Origin: Bacteroidia bacterium
GTDB taxonomy: Bacteria > Bacteroidota > Bacteroidia > M30B66
Assembly (NCBI GenBank): GCA_965279035.1
Contig: OZ257142.1
Coordinates: 2,496,001 to 2,560,000 of the forward strand
Direction of reading: 5' to 3'
DNA: 64,000 nt
Part shown: positions 18,649-27,710 of the stretch, one piece after another
Numbering within the stretch: position 1 is the first letter of the stretch
How the letters are laid out: the number at the start of each line of letters is the position of its first letter
Notes under the pieces: model-generated
Told to the model about the DNA's origin: nothing
Seen by the model: only the letters and a program-made list of their open reading frames with translations
Databases searched by the model: none
Program-made: the position numbers and the translations under genes

Positions 18649-21600
18649 ATGTTGAAACGATTCATTGTTCCAGTATGTATTTTGTTGATGTGCTTTCCTG
18701 CATGGGGACAGTACATTTCGCGCAGTGAACCGGTTCCTTATAATTGTCCGGTTGTTTGTGTTAGTGGAACATTGACATTAAAGATTCCTCAAATTCAGAA
18801 TTTACCAGCAGGAAGTCAAATTCAAGCATTGCTGTCGAATGCAAGTGGTTCGTTTGCATCGGGAACGCAAGTATTACCAGTTGCCTCGTATAGCACCAAT
18901 ACAGGAACAAGTTGGATAAATGGAACATATACCTTTTCGTCGAATATTAACGATTTATATATTCGAGTAATCATTCCAATTGGAACTACAACTGGTTCTA
19001 ATTATACAATAAAGATTCAAGCATCAACAGGGTATGTTTCGAATGATTTGTTTCAATGTAGCGGAAGTAATACAATCACAATATCACCATATGTGGCGCC
19101 ATTACCTCAAGTTAACCAATCTGATTTTGGAAATGGGGCTTGGATTGGGCATGTTTATACCTGGACACCCACAACCAGTGTTATTTTAAATACACCAGCA
19201 TTGGTTAATGCACAAACGTTTTTTGATCCTATCAATTACCAAGGACATGTATTATATACTCCTTTAGCATTGAATTTATTATTCTCATCTACAGGTGGGG
19301 TTCCAGGTATTTTAAATAATGGAACTAGTATCGATTGCGGAAACTCATTCAACACCGATTTCAGTTTGAGATTGAAACGACAGGAAAATTTCAGTCCCGG
19401 CTATTATCAATTTAGTATTCAGGGTGATGATGGAATTCGTTTGAGTATTGATGGCGGGGCAACCTGGATTTTGGATGCATTTTTAGAACAAACATATTCA
19501 TCGAGTTTTCGGACAACTTTATCAAATTATCCCAATGGGATTTGCCTTTCTGGACCGACCGATTTGGTGATTGAGTATTTTCAACGCCCAGCTGACGCGC
19601 ATTTGAATTTTACATCCACCCTTCAAACGGCCATTAATTTCACACAGCCGACAGCTCAAAGTATTTGCGAAAATGGGAATACGAGTTTTACCTTAGGTCC
19701 TCCAAATGCATCATTAACCTATCAATGGCAAGTTAGTACGGATGCTGGAACTACTTTTTCAGACTTAGTTAATGGTGGAGTTTATTCGGGAGTGAATTCA
19801 TCCACTTTAACACTATCAAATGTCCCCATTTCGATGAGTGGGAATTATTATCAATGTGTGATTACAACTGCTTGTCAAGGGAATATTGTTTCAGGACAAG
19901 CGAGTTTGTCGGTGAGTTCATCTCCTACAATTAGCACACAACCAACTGATCAATCTTGGTGCGCTGGGCAAAACATCGTTTTTACTTCGGGAGCTAGTGG
20001 TTCAGGAGCAAGTTATCAATGGCAGGTTAGTACAAATGGAGGTGCTACTTTTAGCAACATTAATAACAACGCTGTTTATTCGGGTGCTACAACATCTAGT
20101 TTAACTTTAACTAATGCAACAGCATCGTATGTGGGTTATCAATATCAATTAGTGATAAATGGCTGTTCAACAGTCATAACTAGTAATGCAGCAGAAATAC
20201 TTTCGGGAGGAAGCATTACAATAAACCAGCAGCCACAACCGATGACAGTTTGTCAAGGAGATCCAGCAACGATGAGTGTTTCGGTAAGTGGAGGAAGTTC
20301 GTATCAATGGCAAGTGGATGGTGGTTCGGGATTCAATAATGTGAACGATAACAATGGATACAGTGGTTCTCAAACAGCTATTTTATCGTTAATTGGAGCA
20401 GCTACTTCGGTGAATGGATTAGTATACCAATGTATAATTTCGAGTGCGTGTTCAGGAAGTGTACTATCGTCAAGTGCAGTATTAACAGTAAATCCCAATA
20501 CTGGCATTACTCAGCAAGCACAAAATCAATCAATTTGCTCAGGACAAAATGCCACATTTACAATAACTGCGGGAGGTACAGGATTAAGTTATCAGTGGCA
20601 GATTAGCACCGATGGAGGAACAACATTTTCAAATCTCAGTAATGCTGCACCTTTTGCAGGAGTTAATACAACCAATCTAAGTTTAACCGCTCCTGCAGAT
20701 ACATACACTGGTGCAATTTTTCATTGTGTAGTAAGCGGTACTTGTGGTTCAGCTCAAACTTCTATTTCGCGGACATTAACCATTACTAGTTTACCGGTAA
20801 TACAAACACAACCAACGAATCAAAATGGGTGTGAAGGAAGTAGTGTCACCTTTTCGGGGATTTTTTCAGGGAATCCAAGTTTAACCTGGCAAATGAGCAC
20901 CGACAACGGAATTAGCTTCGTGAATGTGGTTGATGGAGGAATCTATTCGGGAAGTAATACCGAGAATTTGACCATTAACTCTATTACAAATTCACTCAAT
21001 CAAACGATTTTTCAGTTAAGTGCGAATGGTTGTGGAACTACTGTTTTAAGTTCAACTGCAACCCTTGACGTTTTACCACTACCAACTATTCAATTAATTA
21101 GTGCTCCTCCACCTGTTTGTCCGGGCGAAGATGTGAGTATAACGGTATCAAGTACCAATGCAGTGAGTTTGCAATGGCAGGTGAATACGAACGGTACTTG
21201 GACTAATGTGGTTGATGGAAGTACGTATGGGGGAACAACTACCGAAACATTGATAATCAATAACATTCCGGCTAGTTTGCAACAGGCATTATTTCGCTGT
21301 ATGGTGATTGGTGCATGTTTACCTGATGTGTATTCGGAAGAAGTGTTGTTGTATTTGAATGGAATTCCTATAATTTCTTCTCAGCCTACTTCACAAGTTG
21401 CATGTTCGGGCGGAACAGTTAGTTTTCCATTAGTTGTTGCAGGAGATGGGATTTCGTATGAATGGCAAATAAAGCAAGATGATGGTACTTATTCGGCATT
21501 GACAAACAACGAACTATTTTCAGGTGTAAACACGTCAAATTTGGTTGTTGCTGGCGCGAATGAAGTGGATGGAATTACGATTCGTTGTCAGTTGAGTGGT

Positions 21601-21921
21601 TGTGGTGATGAGATTTTGACCGATACCTTTCATGTAACTATTTATCAAAACGATCCAGTATATATTCCGAATGCCTTTTCACCCGATGGAGATCCCAACA
21701 ATCAACGGTTTATGGTGTATACCGAAGGTGAGCCACGGTTAGATGCAAGCATTTTTGATCGTTGGGGCGAATTAATGTATCACTGGACTAGTAAAGAAGA
21801 TGGTTGGGACGGAACTTTCTTAGGGAAAGAAGCACAAGAAGGTGTGTATGTGTATCGTATTGTGATCAATACAGCGTGTGAACGCCGAACTCAACAAGGT
21901 AGCATTACTGTTTTCCGATAA
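18649..21921 (+). CDS. Large surface protein: PA14-like domain, tandem Ig-like repeats and a type-B T9SS (gliding-motility-associated) CTD
   Basis: GDDGIRLSIDG (PA14); repeated QP....C.G....YQWQ.ST..G..F units; IPNAFSPDGD.NN..F...IFDRWG...WDG...GVYVY CTD. Confidence 0.92.
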   Translation: MLKRFIVPVCILLMCFPAWGQYISRSEPVPYNCPVVCVSGTLTLKIPQIQNLPAGSQIQALLSNASGSFASGTQVLPVASYSTNTGTSWINGTYTFSSNINDLYIRVIIPIGTTTGSNYTIKIQASTGYVSNDLFQCSGSNTITISPYVAPLPQVNQSDFGNGAWIGHVYTWTPTTSVILNTPALVNAQTFFDPINYQGHVLYTPLALNLLFSSTGGVPGILNNGTSIDCGNSFNTDFSLRLKRQENFSPGYYQFSIQGDDGIRLSIDGGATWILDAFLEQTYSSSFRTTLSNYPNGICLSGPTDLVIEYFQRPADAHLNFTSTLQTAINFTQPTAQSICENGNTSFTLGPPNASLTYQWQVSTDAGTTFSDLVNGGVYSGVNSSTLTLSNVPISMSGNYYQCVITTACQGNIVSGQASLSVSSSPTISTQPTDQSWCAGQNIVFTSGASGSGASYQWQVSTNGGATFSNINNNAVYSGATTSSLTLTNATASYVGYQYQLVINGCSTVITSNAAEILSGGSITINQQPQPMTVCQGDPATMSVSVSGGSSYQWQVDGGSGFNNVNDNNGYSGSQTAILSLIGAATSVNGLVYQCIISSACSGSVLSSSAVLTVNPNTGITQQAQNQSICSGQNATFTITAGGTGLSYQWQISTDGGTTFSNLSNAAPFAGVNTTNLSLTAPADTYTGAIFHCVVSGTCGSAQTSISRTLTITSLPVIQTQPTNQNGCEGSSVTFSGIFSGNPSLTWQMSTDNGISFVNVVDGGIYSGSNTENLTINSITNSLNQTIFQLSANGCGTTVLSSTATLDVLPLPTIQLISAPPPVCPGEDVSITVSSTNAVSLQWQVNTNGTWTNVVDGSTYGGTTTETLIINNIPASLQQALFRCMVIGACLPDVYSEEVLLYLNGIPIISSQPTSQVACSGGTVSFPLVVAGDGISYEWQIKQDDGTYSALTNNELFSGVNTSNLVVAGANEVDGITIRCQLSGCGDEILTDTFHVTIYQNDPVYIPNAFSPDGDPNNQRFMVYTEGEPRLDASIFDRWGELMYHWTSKEDGWDGTFLGKEAQEGVYVYRIVINTACERRTQQGSITVFR

Positions 21922-21986
21922 GAATTTACCCGTGATTGTTGCATGCACCGGATGCATTCGATAGGTTTGGAGGATAATTCCAATCT

Positions 21987-24101
21987 ATGCGATCTACACA
22001 CCTGCTTTCGAGTTTCTTTATCCTTTGTTCAACGGCGCTTTTAAGTCAGAAGCAGCTAACGCTGGATGAGATTTTCACTAAAACCGATTTGAGTCCTAAA
22101 AGCATCAAAGGCCTACAATGGATTCCCGGAACAAATTCCTACACCAGCATTCCAGACGAAAAAACCGATGTTTTATTACGAACATCGGCCGATAAAGGAA
22201 CAAGTGATACTTTACTCAAAGCTTCTACCCTATCTTCTGAATTAAAACGTTTCCCAAGCCTGACTTGGTTAGATGCGAATCGATTTTATTTTCGGGTGAA
22301 GAACCAAATCAACTTTGGGAGTTTGGAAGGAACTTACACACAAACTCATTCGTGGAATGCCGAAGAAGCTGAAAACATAGACATAGAGCCTAAGACCGAA
22401 GCAATCGCATTCACAAAGGGCAATGATTTATTGGTCAGCATCAACGGAAAGACCACCAATATCAGCAACGAAAGCAATAAAGGAATTGTGTATGGACAAT
22501 CGGTTCACCGCAACGAATTTGGTATCACCAAAGGAACATTTTGGAGTCCTAATGGACGTTATTTAGCATTTTACCGGATGGACCAAAGCATGGTAACCGA
22601 CTATCCTTTAGTTAGTTTGGAAACATTACCTGCAGAATCGACTCCGATTAAATATCCCATGGCCGGACAAAAAAGTCATCAGGTTACATTAGGAATTTTC
22701 GATGTTCAAACGGGGAAACACATTTATTTAAAAACCGCAGGACCGGATGAGCACTATTTAACGAATATCAGTTGGTCGCCCGATGAAAAGTATGTGTTGA
22801 TTGCGGAATTAAATCGTGGTCAAAACGAAATGCACTTGAATCAATATCAAGTTACGGATGGTGCATTTGTGAAGACATTATTTACTGAAACAGATCCACA
22901 ATGGGTTGAGCCTGAGCATCCAGCTGTATTTATACCGGGAAAAAATGATCAGTTTATTTGGCAAAGTGAGCGTGATGGATTTGATCATTTGTATTTATTC
23001 GATTTAACCGGAAAATTATTGGCTCAAATCACAAAAGGGAATTATGTAGTGACGGATGTATTAGGATTTGATCCAACTGGAAAGTTTGTGTATGCAATGA
23101 TTGCTGATAATGTTGGTTTAGATCGTAAGCTTATCAAGGCATCGATGAAAGGAGATGTAAGTATTTTAACACCGGAAAGTGGTGTACATGATATTCAAAT
23201 GAACAGCACAGGAAGTTATTTTATTGATAATTTCAGCAATATATCTACTCCTCGCACCCAACGTGTATTAGATGGAAAAGGCAAGAGTATTCGCACATTA
23301 ATGCAATCGGCCGATCCATTTAAAGAGTATGCTTTAAGCAAACCCGAATTGGTACAAGTAAAAGCATCGGATGGTACCATCTTAAATGGTAGATTATTCA
23401 AGCCATTTAATTTTGATGCGAGTAAAAAATATCCAATTGTAGTTTATGTATATGGTGGTCCGCATGCACAAATGGTTAGCAATCGTTGGCTAGCTGGTGG
23501 TAATTTATGGATGAGCTGGATGGCAGCACAAGGCTATGTTATTTTCACACTCGATAATCGTGGTTCAGGTGAACGCGGATTGGAGTTTGAGCAAGCCATT
23601 CACCGCAAATTAGGTGTTGTAGAAATGGAAGATCAACTAGCTGGAGTGAATTATTTGAAAAGCTTGCCTTATGTGGATAGTCAACGAATGGGCGTTCATG
23701 GATGGAGTTTCGGTGGATTTATGACGACTACTTTAATGACCAAAAATCCGGGAATTTTTAAAGCAGGTGTTGCTGGTGGTCCGGTAATCGACTGGAAAAT
23801 GTATGAAATCATGTACACCGAACGTTACATGGATACTCCAGCAGAAAATAGCGATGGATACGAAACCGCTAATTTGATCAACAGTGCCAAAGGATTGAAA
23901 GATCGTTTGATGTTAATTCATGGAACAATCGACAATGTTGTAGTTTGGCAACATAGTCAAGCGATGATTAAAAAGTGTGTGGATGAAGGAGTGTTGATTG
24001 ATTACATGATTTATCCCGGTCACGAACACAATGTTCAAGGAAAAGACCGTTTACATCTATACAAAACCGTTTCGCGGTATTTGATGGACAACTTAAAATA
24101 A
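21987..24101 (+). CDS. S9B dipeptidyl-peptidase IV / prolyl tripeptidyl peptidase family
   Basis: YGGPH.Q, DNRGS, HGWSFGG nucleophile, HGT.DNVV and YPGHEH triad; DPPIV N-terminal propeller. Confidence 0.95.
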   Translation: MRSTHLLSSFFILCSTALLSQKQLTLDEIFTKTDLSPKSIKGLQWIPGTNSYTSIPDEKTDVLLRTSADKGTSDTLLKASTLSSELKRFPSLTWLDANRFYFRVKNQINFGSLEGTYTQTHSWNAEEAENIDIEPKTEAIAFTKGNDLLVSINGKTTNISNESNKGIVYGQSVHRNEFGITKGTFWSPNGRYLAFYRMDQSMVTDYPLVSLETLPAESTPIKYPMAGQKSHQVTLGIFDVQTGKHIYLKTAGPDEHYLTNISWSPDEKYVLIAELNRGQNEMHLNQYQVTDGAFVKTLFTETDPQWVEPEHPAVFIPGKNDQFIWQSERDGFDHLYLFDLTGKLLAQITKGNYVVTDVLGFDPTGKFVYAMIADNVGLDRKLIKASMKGDVSILTPESGVHDIQMNSTGSYFIDNFSNISTPRTQRVLDGKGKSIRTLMQSADPFKEYALSKPELVQVKASDGTILNGRLFKPFNFDASKKYPIVVYVYGGPHAQMVSNRWLAGGNLWMSWMAAQGYVIFTLDNRGSGERGLEFEQAIHRKLGVVEMEDQLAGVNYLKSLPYVDSQRMGVHGWSFGGFMTTTLMTKNPGIFKAGVAGGPVIDWKMYEIMYTERYMDTPAENSDGYETANLINSAKGLKDRLMLIHGTIDNVVVWQHSQAMIKKCVDEGVLIDYMIYPGHEHNVQGKDRLHLYKTVSRYLMDNLK

Positions 24102-24139
24102 AGCTTCTGAAAAAGTCCTCGACTTCAATCTTCGCCGGA

Positions 24140-24889
24140 ATGTGCATTCTTATTGGGATGTGCTTTCCGGCTTCTTTATCGGCACAAAACCGAGTAATTC
24201 ATGCCGTGGTTTCCTTGTGCGATAATCAATATCAAGGCATAGTAAAAGTTCCTGCTGGAATTGGAAACGGACAAAGTCCTTCGACGAATTTGTATTGGGG
24301 GGCCCGTTTTGGTGTGAAGACAGTTTTTACGCGCAGTAAAGAGTGGACATTGTTAGGAGAATCGACACAGACAAACCCAAAGATTCTACAACGATTGGTA
24401 TTTAAACACAAAACTGCTCCAGTACTATTTATTGCAGATGCTTGGGATGGAAAGTATATTAAGGAATGCACCGAATGGTTTATCGAATCGAATTCGGGAA
24501 AACACCGAGACAGTATTGAGGTAAAAGGAAAGAAATATCCATCGGGCAGTTGGTCCAGTTTGCTTTGTTATATTGGACATGATGGTTTGATGGACTTCGA
24601 TCTCAACCTGAATATAACAGCTGATGGAGCATACCGGGAAAGCATTGTTTTAGCCTGTTACAGCAAACATTACTTCAGTCCGTGGTTGAAGAAATGTGGA
24701 GCGGTTCCTTTGGTTTGGTCGACTGGTTTAATGGCTCCAGAAGCCTACATCTTAGAGGCTGCATTACATGAATGGGTGAGTAAATTCAACGATAAGGAAG
24801 CTATCCGCTCTGCTGCAGCACAGGCGTATTCAACGTATCAAAAATGTTCCTTGTCGGCAGCTAAACGATTATTGGTAAGTGGCTATTAG
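24140..24889 (+). CDS. Conserved exported hypothetical protein
   Basis: LCDN.YQGIV.VP..IGNG..P..NLYWG, YIGHDGLMD, LAC.S and GLMAPEAY motifs; signal peptide. Confidence 0.7.
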   Translation: MCILIGMCFPASLSAQNRVIHAVVSLCDNQYQGIVKVPAGIGNGQSPSTNLYWGARFGVKTVFTRSKEWTLLGESTQTNPKILQRLVFKHKTAPVLFIADAWDGKYIKECTEWFIESNSGKHRDSIEVKGKKYPSGSWSSLLCYIGHDGLMDFDLNLNITADGAYRESIVLACYSKHYFSPWLKKCGAVPLVWSTGLMAPEAYILEAALHEWVSKFNDKEAIRSAAAQAYSTYQKCSLSAAKRLLVSGY

Positions 24890-25345
24890 CTATACTTGTA
24901 TTAGTCGTTTATCCAGAATAAAAGGATGTTGATCTTTAATAACGACTTTCTTGTATTCCTGATGTGAGCAGTTTAGCAGGACTATGTGAGCTGTGCGAAT
25001 GATGCTACTGGGTAATTTTAATGCGAGTGCTTTTGTTTGGATGAAATGCTTGGAAGCGATTTCTGCTAAATGAGTCGGGGCTGGATATTCCGCCCAATTG
25101 GAAGGCAAATCGGAGATTGATATTTCAGCTATTAAATTATCCGGAATTTCTAACATTAACATATCCAAGTTGTTGAGATTGGAATTTGAAGCATGGACAA
25201 GGACTTCGAGCAAGGCAATTTCCGGATTGGCTCCAGTATATAAAACGGCTTGTCCCATTTTATTCCATCTACCCGGAAACAAAGCCGCGCCCGTTCCAAA
25301 AATGTCGTAGGCGTGTTTCGATTGCGTAATACGATATACAAGCAT
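24890..25345 (-). CDS. RES-domain toxin (ParT/MbcT-like NAD+ phosphorylase)
   Basis: YRI, G.GA...GRWN..G..VLY, ALLEVLVH, LP.NW and PSSI motifs (R-E-S residues). Confidence 0.92.
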   Translation of the reverse strand: MLVYRITQSKHAYDIFGTGAALFPGRWNKMGQAVLYTGANPEIALLEVLVHASNSNLNNLDMLMLEIPDNLIAEISISDLPSNWAEYPAPTHLAEIASKHFIQTKALALKLPSSIIRTAHIVLLNCSHQEYKKVVIKDQHPFILDKRLIQV

Positions 25346-25349
25346 TTAG

Positions 25350-25808
25350 CTAACTATAAACGCCATATTCGATACGACCGAGTAAATCTCTTACTTTGGA
25401 AATACCATCTGGAATATTGAGTAAATGTTGTGGTTCCAAACCACCTAAAGCCAAATTGGGTAAAGCTAACCATTTGAAGAAATTCTCTTGACTAGAGAAG
25501 ATTTCAGAGCCATTGATAAACAAAAAAGTAAGCTCTAATAGATGAACACTAAAGTTGCGATCGAGTGTTTTGTTGGTTTTGATCCAACGATAAACAGTAG
25601 GCTCTGACACATTTAGGTATTGAGCAACTGCTTCGCGATGAAGATGAAAGTACTTGCGAAAATTGTCAATGACGGGTGCTTTGATGCCTTTTGTAGCAAT
25701 TGAAATGAAATCGTAAGAACTAGAAAGTTCTCCTTTCAGAAACTCCGACCCTAACACAACTTTTAAGGTAGTGTATTGATTACTGGGCATTCTTTCTTCA
25801 GATATCAT
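25350..25808 (-). CDS. Xre/MbcA/ParS antitoxin
   Basis: HTH (VAQYLNVSEPTVYRW) and F..WL..PN.ALGG..P..LL...G...V..LLGRIEYGVYS. Confidence 0.93.
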   Translation of the reverse strand: MISEERMPSNQYTTLKVVLGSEFLKGELSSSYDFISIATKGIKAPVIDNFRKYFHLHREAVAQYLNVSEPTVYRWIKTNKTLDRNFSVHLLELTFLFINGSEIFSSQENFFKWLALPNLALGGLEPQHLLNIPDGISKVRDLLGRIEYGVYS

Positions 25809-25809
25809 T

Positions 25810-25840
25810 TGATAATATTATTTATCAGATAACAAATCTA
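25810..25840 (-). promoter_or_regulatory. Toxin-antitoxin promoter (-7 box TAGATTTG, 25833-25840) with palindromic operator TGATAA-N6-TTATCA (25810-25827)
   Basis: Perfect 6-bp inverted repeat between the promoter box and the antitoxin ATG. Confidence 0.7.
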
Positions 25841-25869
25841 AGTGGATTAATGTTAGAATCAAAATTAAT

Positions 25870-27585
25870 TTACAAGGCTTCTGTCCTTTGATTAATAGAC
25901 AATAAATAAGCTACACTCATCAATACCAAACAACCAATCACATTAAACCAGAGAAAGCTAATAGTGGTTGTTAGGAATAAAAAAATTACTGTTGCTTGAG
26001 CGATCAAAGCTGACCAGAAAACGGCTTTAGCAGAACAGCTTTTCATCCAGAATGCACAAAGGAATATACCGAGAATAGGACCGTAAAAAATGGAACCAAG
26101 AATATTGACAACTTCAATGAGACTATTCCCGAGATTATAGGCAAAACACGCAACTACAATACAGAAAACTCCCCATCCGAATGTGTACCAGCGCGACAAA
26201 CGGTATTCTTGATCTTTAGTCAGTTGAACGGAACTATGCCGTTTGTGTAAATCGATGATACTGGAAGAGGCCAATGAATTCAATGCTGCAGCTATTGAAC
26301 CCCAAGCGGCGAGGAAAATAATCGCGATAAGCAATCCTACTAAGCCTTTAGGAAGGAAATCAATAACGAATCGCAGGAAGATATAGTTGGTATCGTTGGA
26401 ATCACCTTTAATGCTTGGAGAATCAATCCAGAGTTTCACTTTTTTACGGAGCTTATTACTAGCATCATCCAACCGACGCATTTCAAGAATTTGAGCATCC
26501 CTTTCTACTGATTTATCAGCAACGTTATTAAGTTGAACATACTGCGCAACAGCCTGTTGTTTTTGAAGATTTATTTGGTTGAAATCCTGTTGCAGAGTTT
26601 GAAGTGAATCGGAATAAACAGCTGATTTTTCCAGTTTAGCAAGTTCAACCGAATTGAAAAAAATGGGTGCTTGAAAAAAGCTATAAAAGCAAAACACTAA
26701 AACTCCGATTAAGAGTATTAAAAACTGCATAGGGATTTTCACTAATCCATTCATCAACAGCCCTACCCGACTCTCTTTCAAGGATTTTGCAGTAAGGTAT
26801 CTTCCTACTTGAGATTGGTCGGTTCCGAAATAGGAAAGTGCCAGAAAAAATCCACCGATTAAACCGCTCCAGATATTGTATTTATCACTCCAGTCGAAGC
26901 TTCCATCCTTCATTCCAGTAGTAATTACATTGAGTTTGCCCAATTTTCCACTTACATGAAGCGCATCAACAAATCCAACCGAATCGGGTAGCATATGAAT
27001 GACTAAATATCCCGCTAGGAACATCCCTATAAAAATGATGATAAACTGAAGCTGCTGCGTATAAGCAACGGCTCTAGCACCACCGCTGACCGTATAAATA
27101 ATAAGCATTCCTCCCATCACCACATTGGTGAAATAAATATTCCACCCAAAAAGCGACGATAAAATGATGGATGGCGCAAAAACACTAATTCCTGTTGAAA
27201 GTCCGCGTGATATAAGAAACAGTATTGAAGTTAATGTGCGAGTTCGTAAATCGAATCGGTTTTCGAGGAATTCGTATGCAGTATAAACGTTGAGTTTCTT
27301 AAATACTGGGACAAAGGCGATACAGATTACAATCATCGCCAAGGGCAAACCAAAGTAGTACTGCACAAAGCGCATCCCATCAGTGTATGCTTGTCCAGGC
27401 GCGGATAAGAAAGTGATAGCACTAGCCTGTGTGCCCATGATACTTAGCAAAACCAAGAACCAAGGCATGGATTGATTGCTACGGAAATAACCGTCGAGAT
27501 CTTTCGTCGTTCGACTCCGGTAAAGGCCATACACAATGATGACACTTAAGGTCAGCACCAAGACAATCCAGTCGATGCTGCTCAT
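25870..27585 (-). CDS. Sodium:solute symporter (start revised to 27585, MSSIDW...)
   Basis: S.MGTQASAITFLS.PG, AYEFLE.RF, YFGTDQSQVGRYL motifs; many TM helices; ATG overlaps the stop of the upstream small ORF. Confidence 0.93.
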   Translation of the reverse strand: MSSIDWIVLVLTLSVIIVYGLYRSRTTKDLDGYFRSNQSMPWFLVLLSIMGTQASAITFLSAPGQAYTDGMRFVQYYFGLPLAMIVICIAFVPVFKKLNVYTAYEFLENRFDLRTRTLTSILFLISRGLSTGISVFAPSIILSSLFGWNIYFTNVVMGGMLIIYTVSGGARAVAYTQQLQFIIIFIGMFLAGYLVIHMLPDSVGFVDALHVSGKLGKLNVITTGMKDGSFDWSDKYNIWSGLIGGFFLALSYFGTDQSQVGRYLTAKSLKESRVGLLMNGLVKIPMQFLILLIGVLVFCFYSFFQAPIFFNSVELAKLEKSAVYSDSLQTLQQDFNQINLQKQQAVAQYVQLNNVADKSVERDAQILEMRRLDDASNKLRKKVKLWIDSPSIKGDSNDTNYIFLRFVIDFLPKGLVGLLIAIIFLAAWGSIAAALNSLASSSIIDLHKRHSSVQLTKDQEYRLSRWYTFGWGVFCIVVACFAYNLGNSLIEVVNILGSIFYGPILGIFLCAFWMKSCSAKAVFWSALIAQATVIFLFLTTTISFLWFNVIGCLVLMSVAYLLSINQRTEAL

Positions 27586-27710
27586 GCAAACGCGGCTGTA
27601 AACAAGTAAAACAGCATGATAAAAAGGAGTAAAACACCTATTACGAGTGCATACATTCCTTTCCAAGAGCCCATGATAGGAGCTTTTTCGTTTGGATCAA
27701 TTTCCGTCAT
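27582..27710 (-). CDS. 42-aa single-TM protein (not in the ORF track), probable symporter accessory subunit
   Basis: MTEIDPNEKAPIMGSWKGMYALVIGVLLLFIMLFYLFTAAFA*; overlaps the PIG-L gene end and has an ATGA overlap with the symporter. Confidence 0.8.
   Translation of the reverse strand: MTEIDPNEKAPIMGSWKGMYALVIGVLLLFIMLFYLFTAAFA

Noticed and set aside
21940-21960. Small imperfect palindrome ATGCA-CCGGA-TGCAT between the adhesin and peptidase genes
   Set aside because: Only 5-bp arms, single copy and no T-tract; not distinguishable from chance.
25807-25830. Palindrome with a 6-bp spacer as a dif (XerCD) site marking the terminus
   Set aside because: It lacks the XerD-arm TTATGTTAAA-like sequence, and its position between the TA promoter and start codon fits an operator better.
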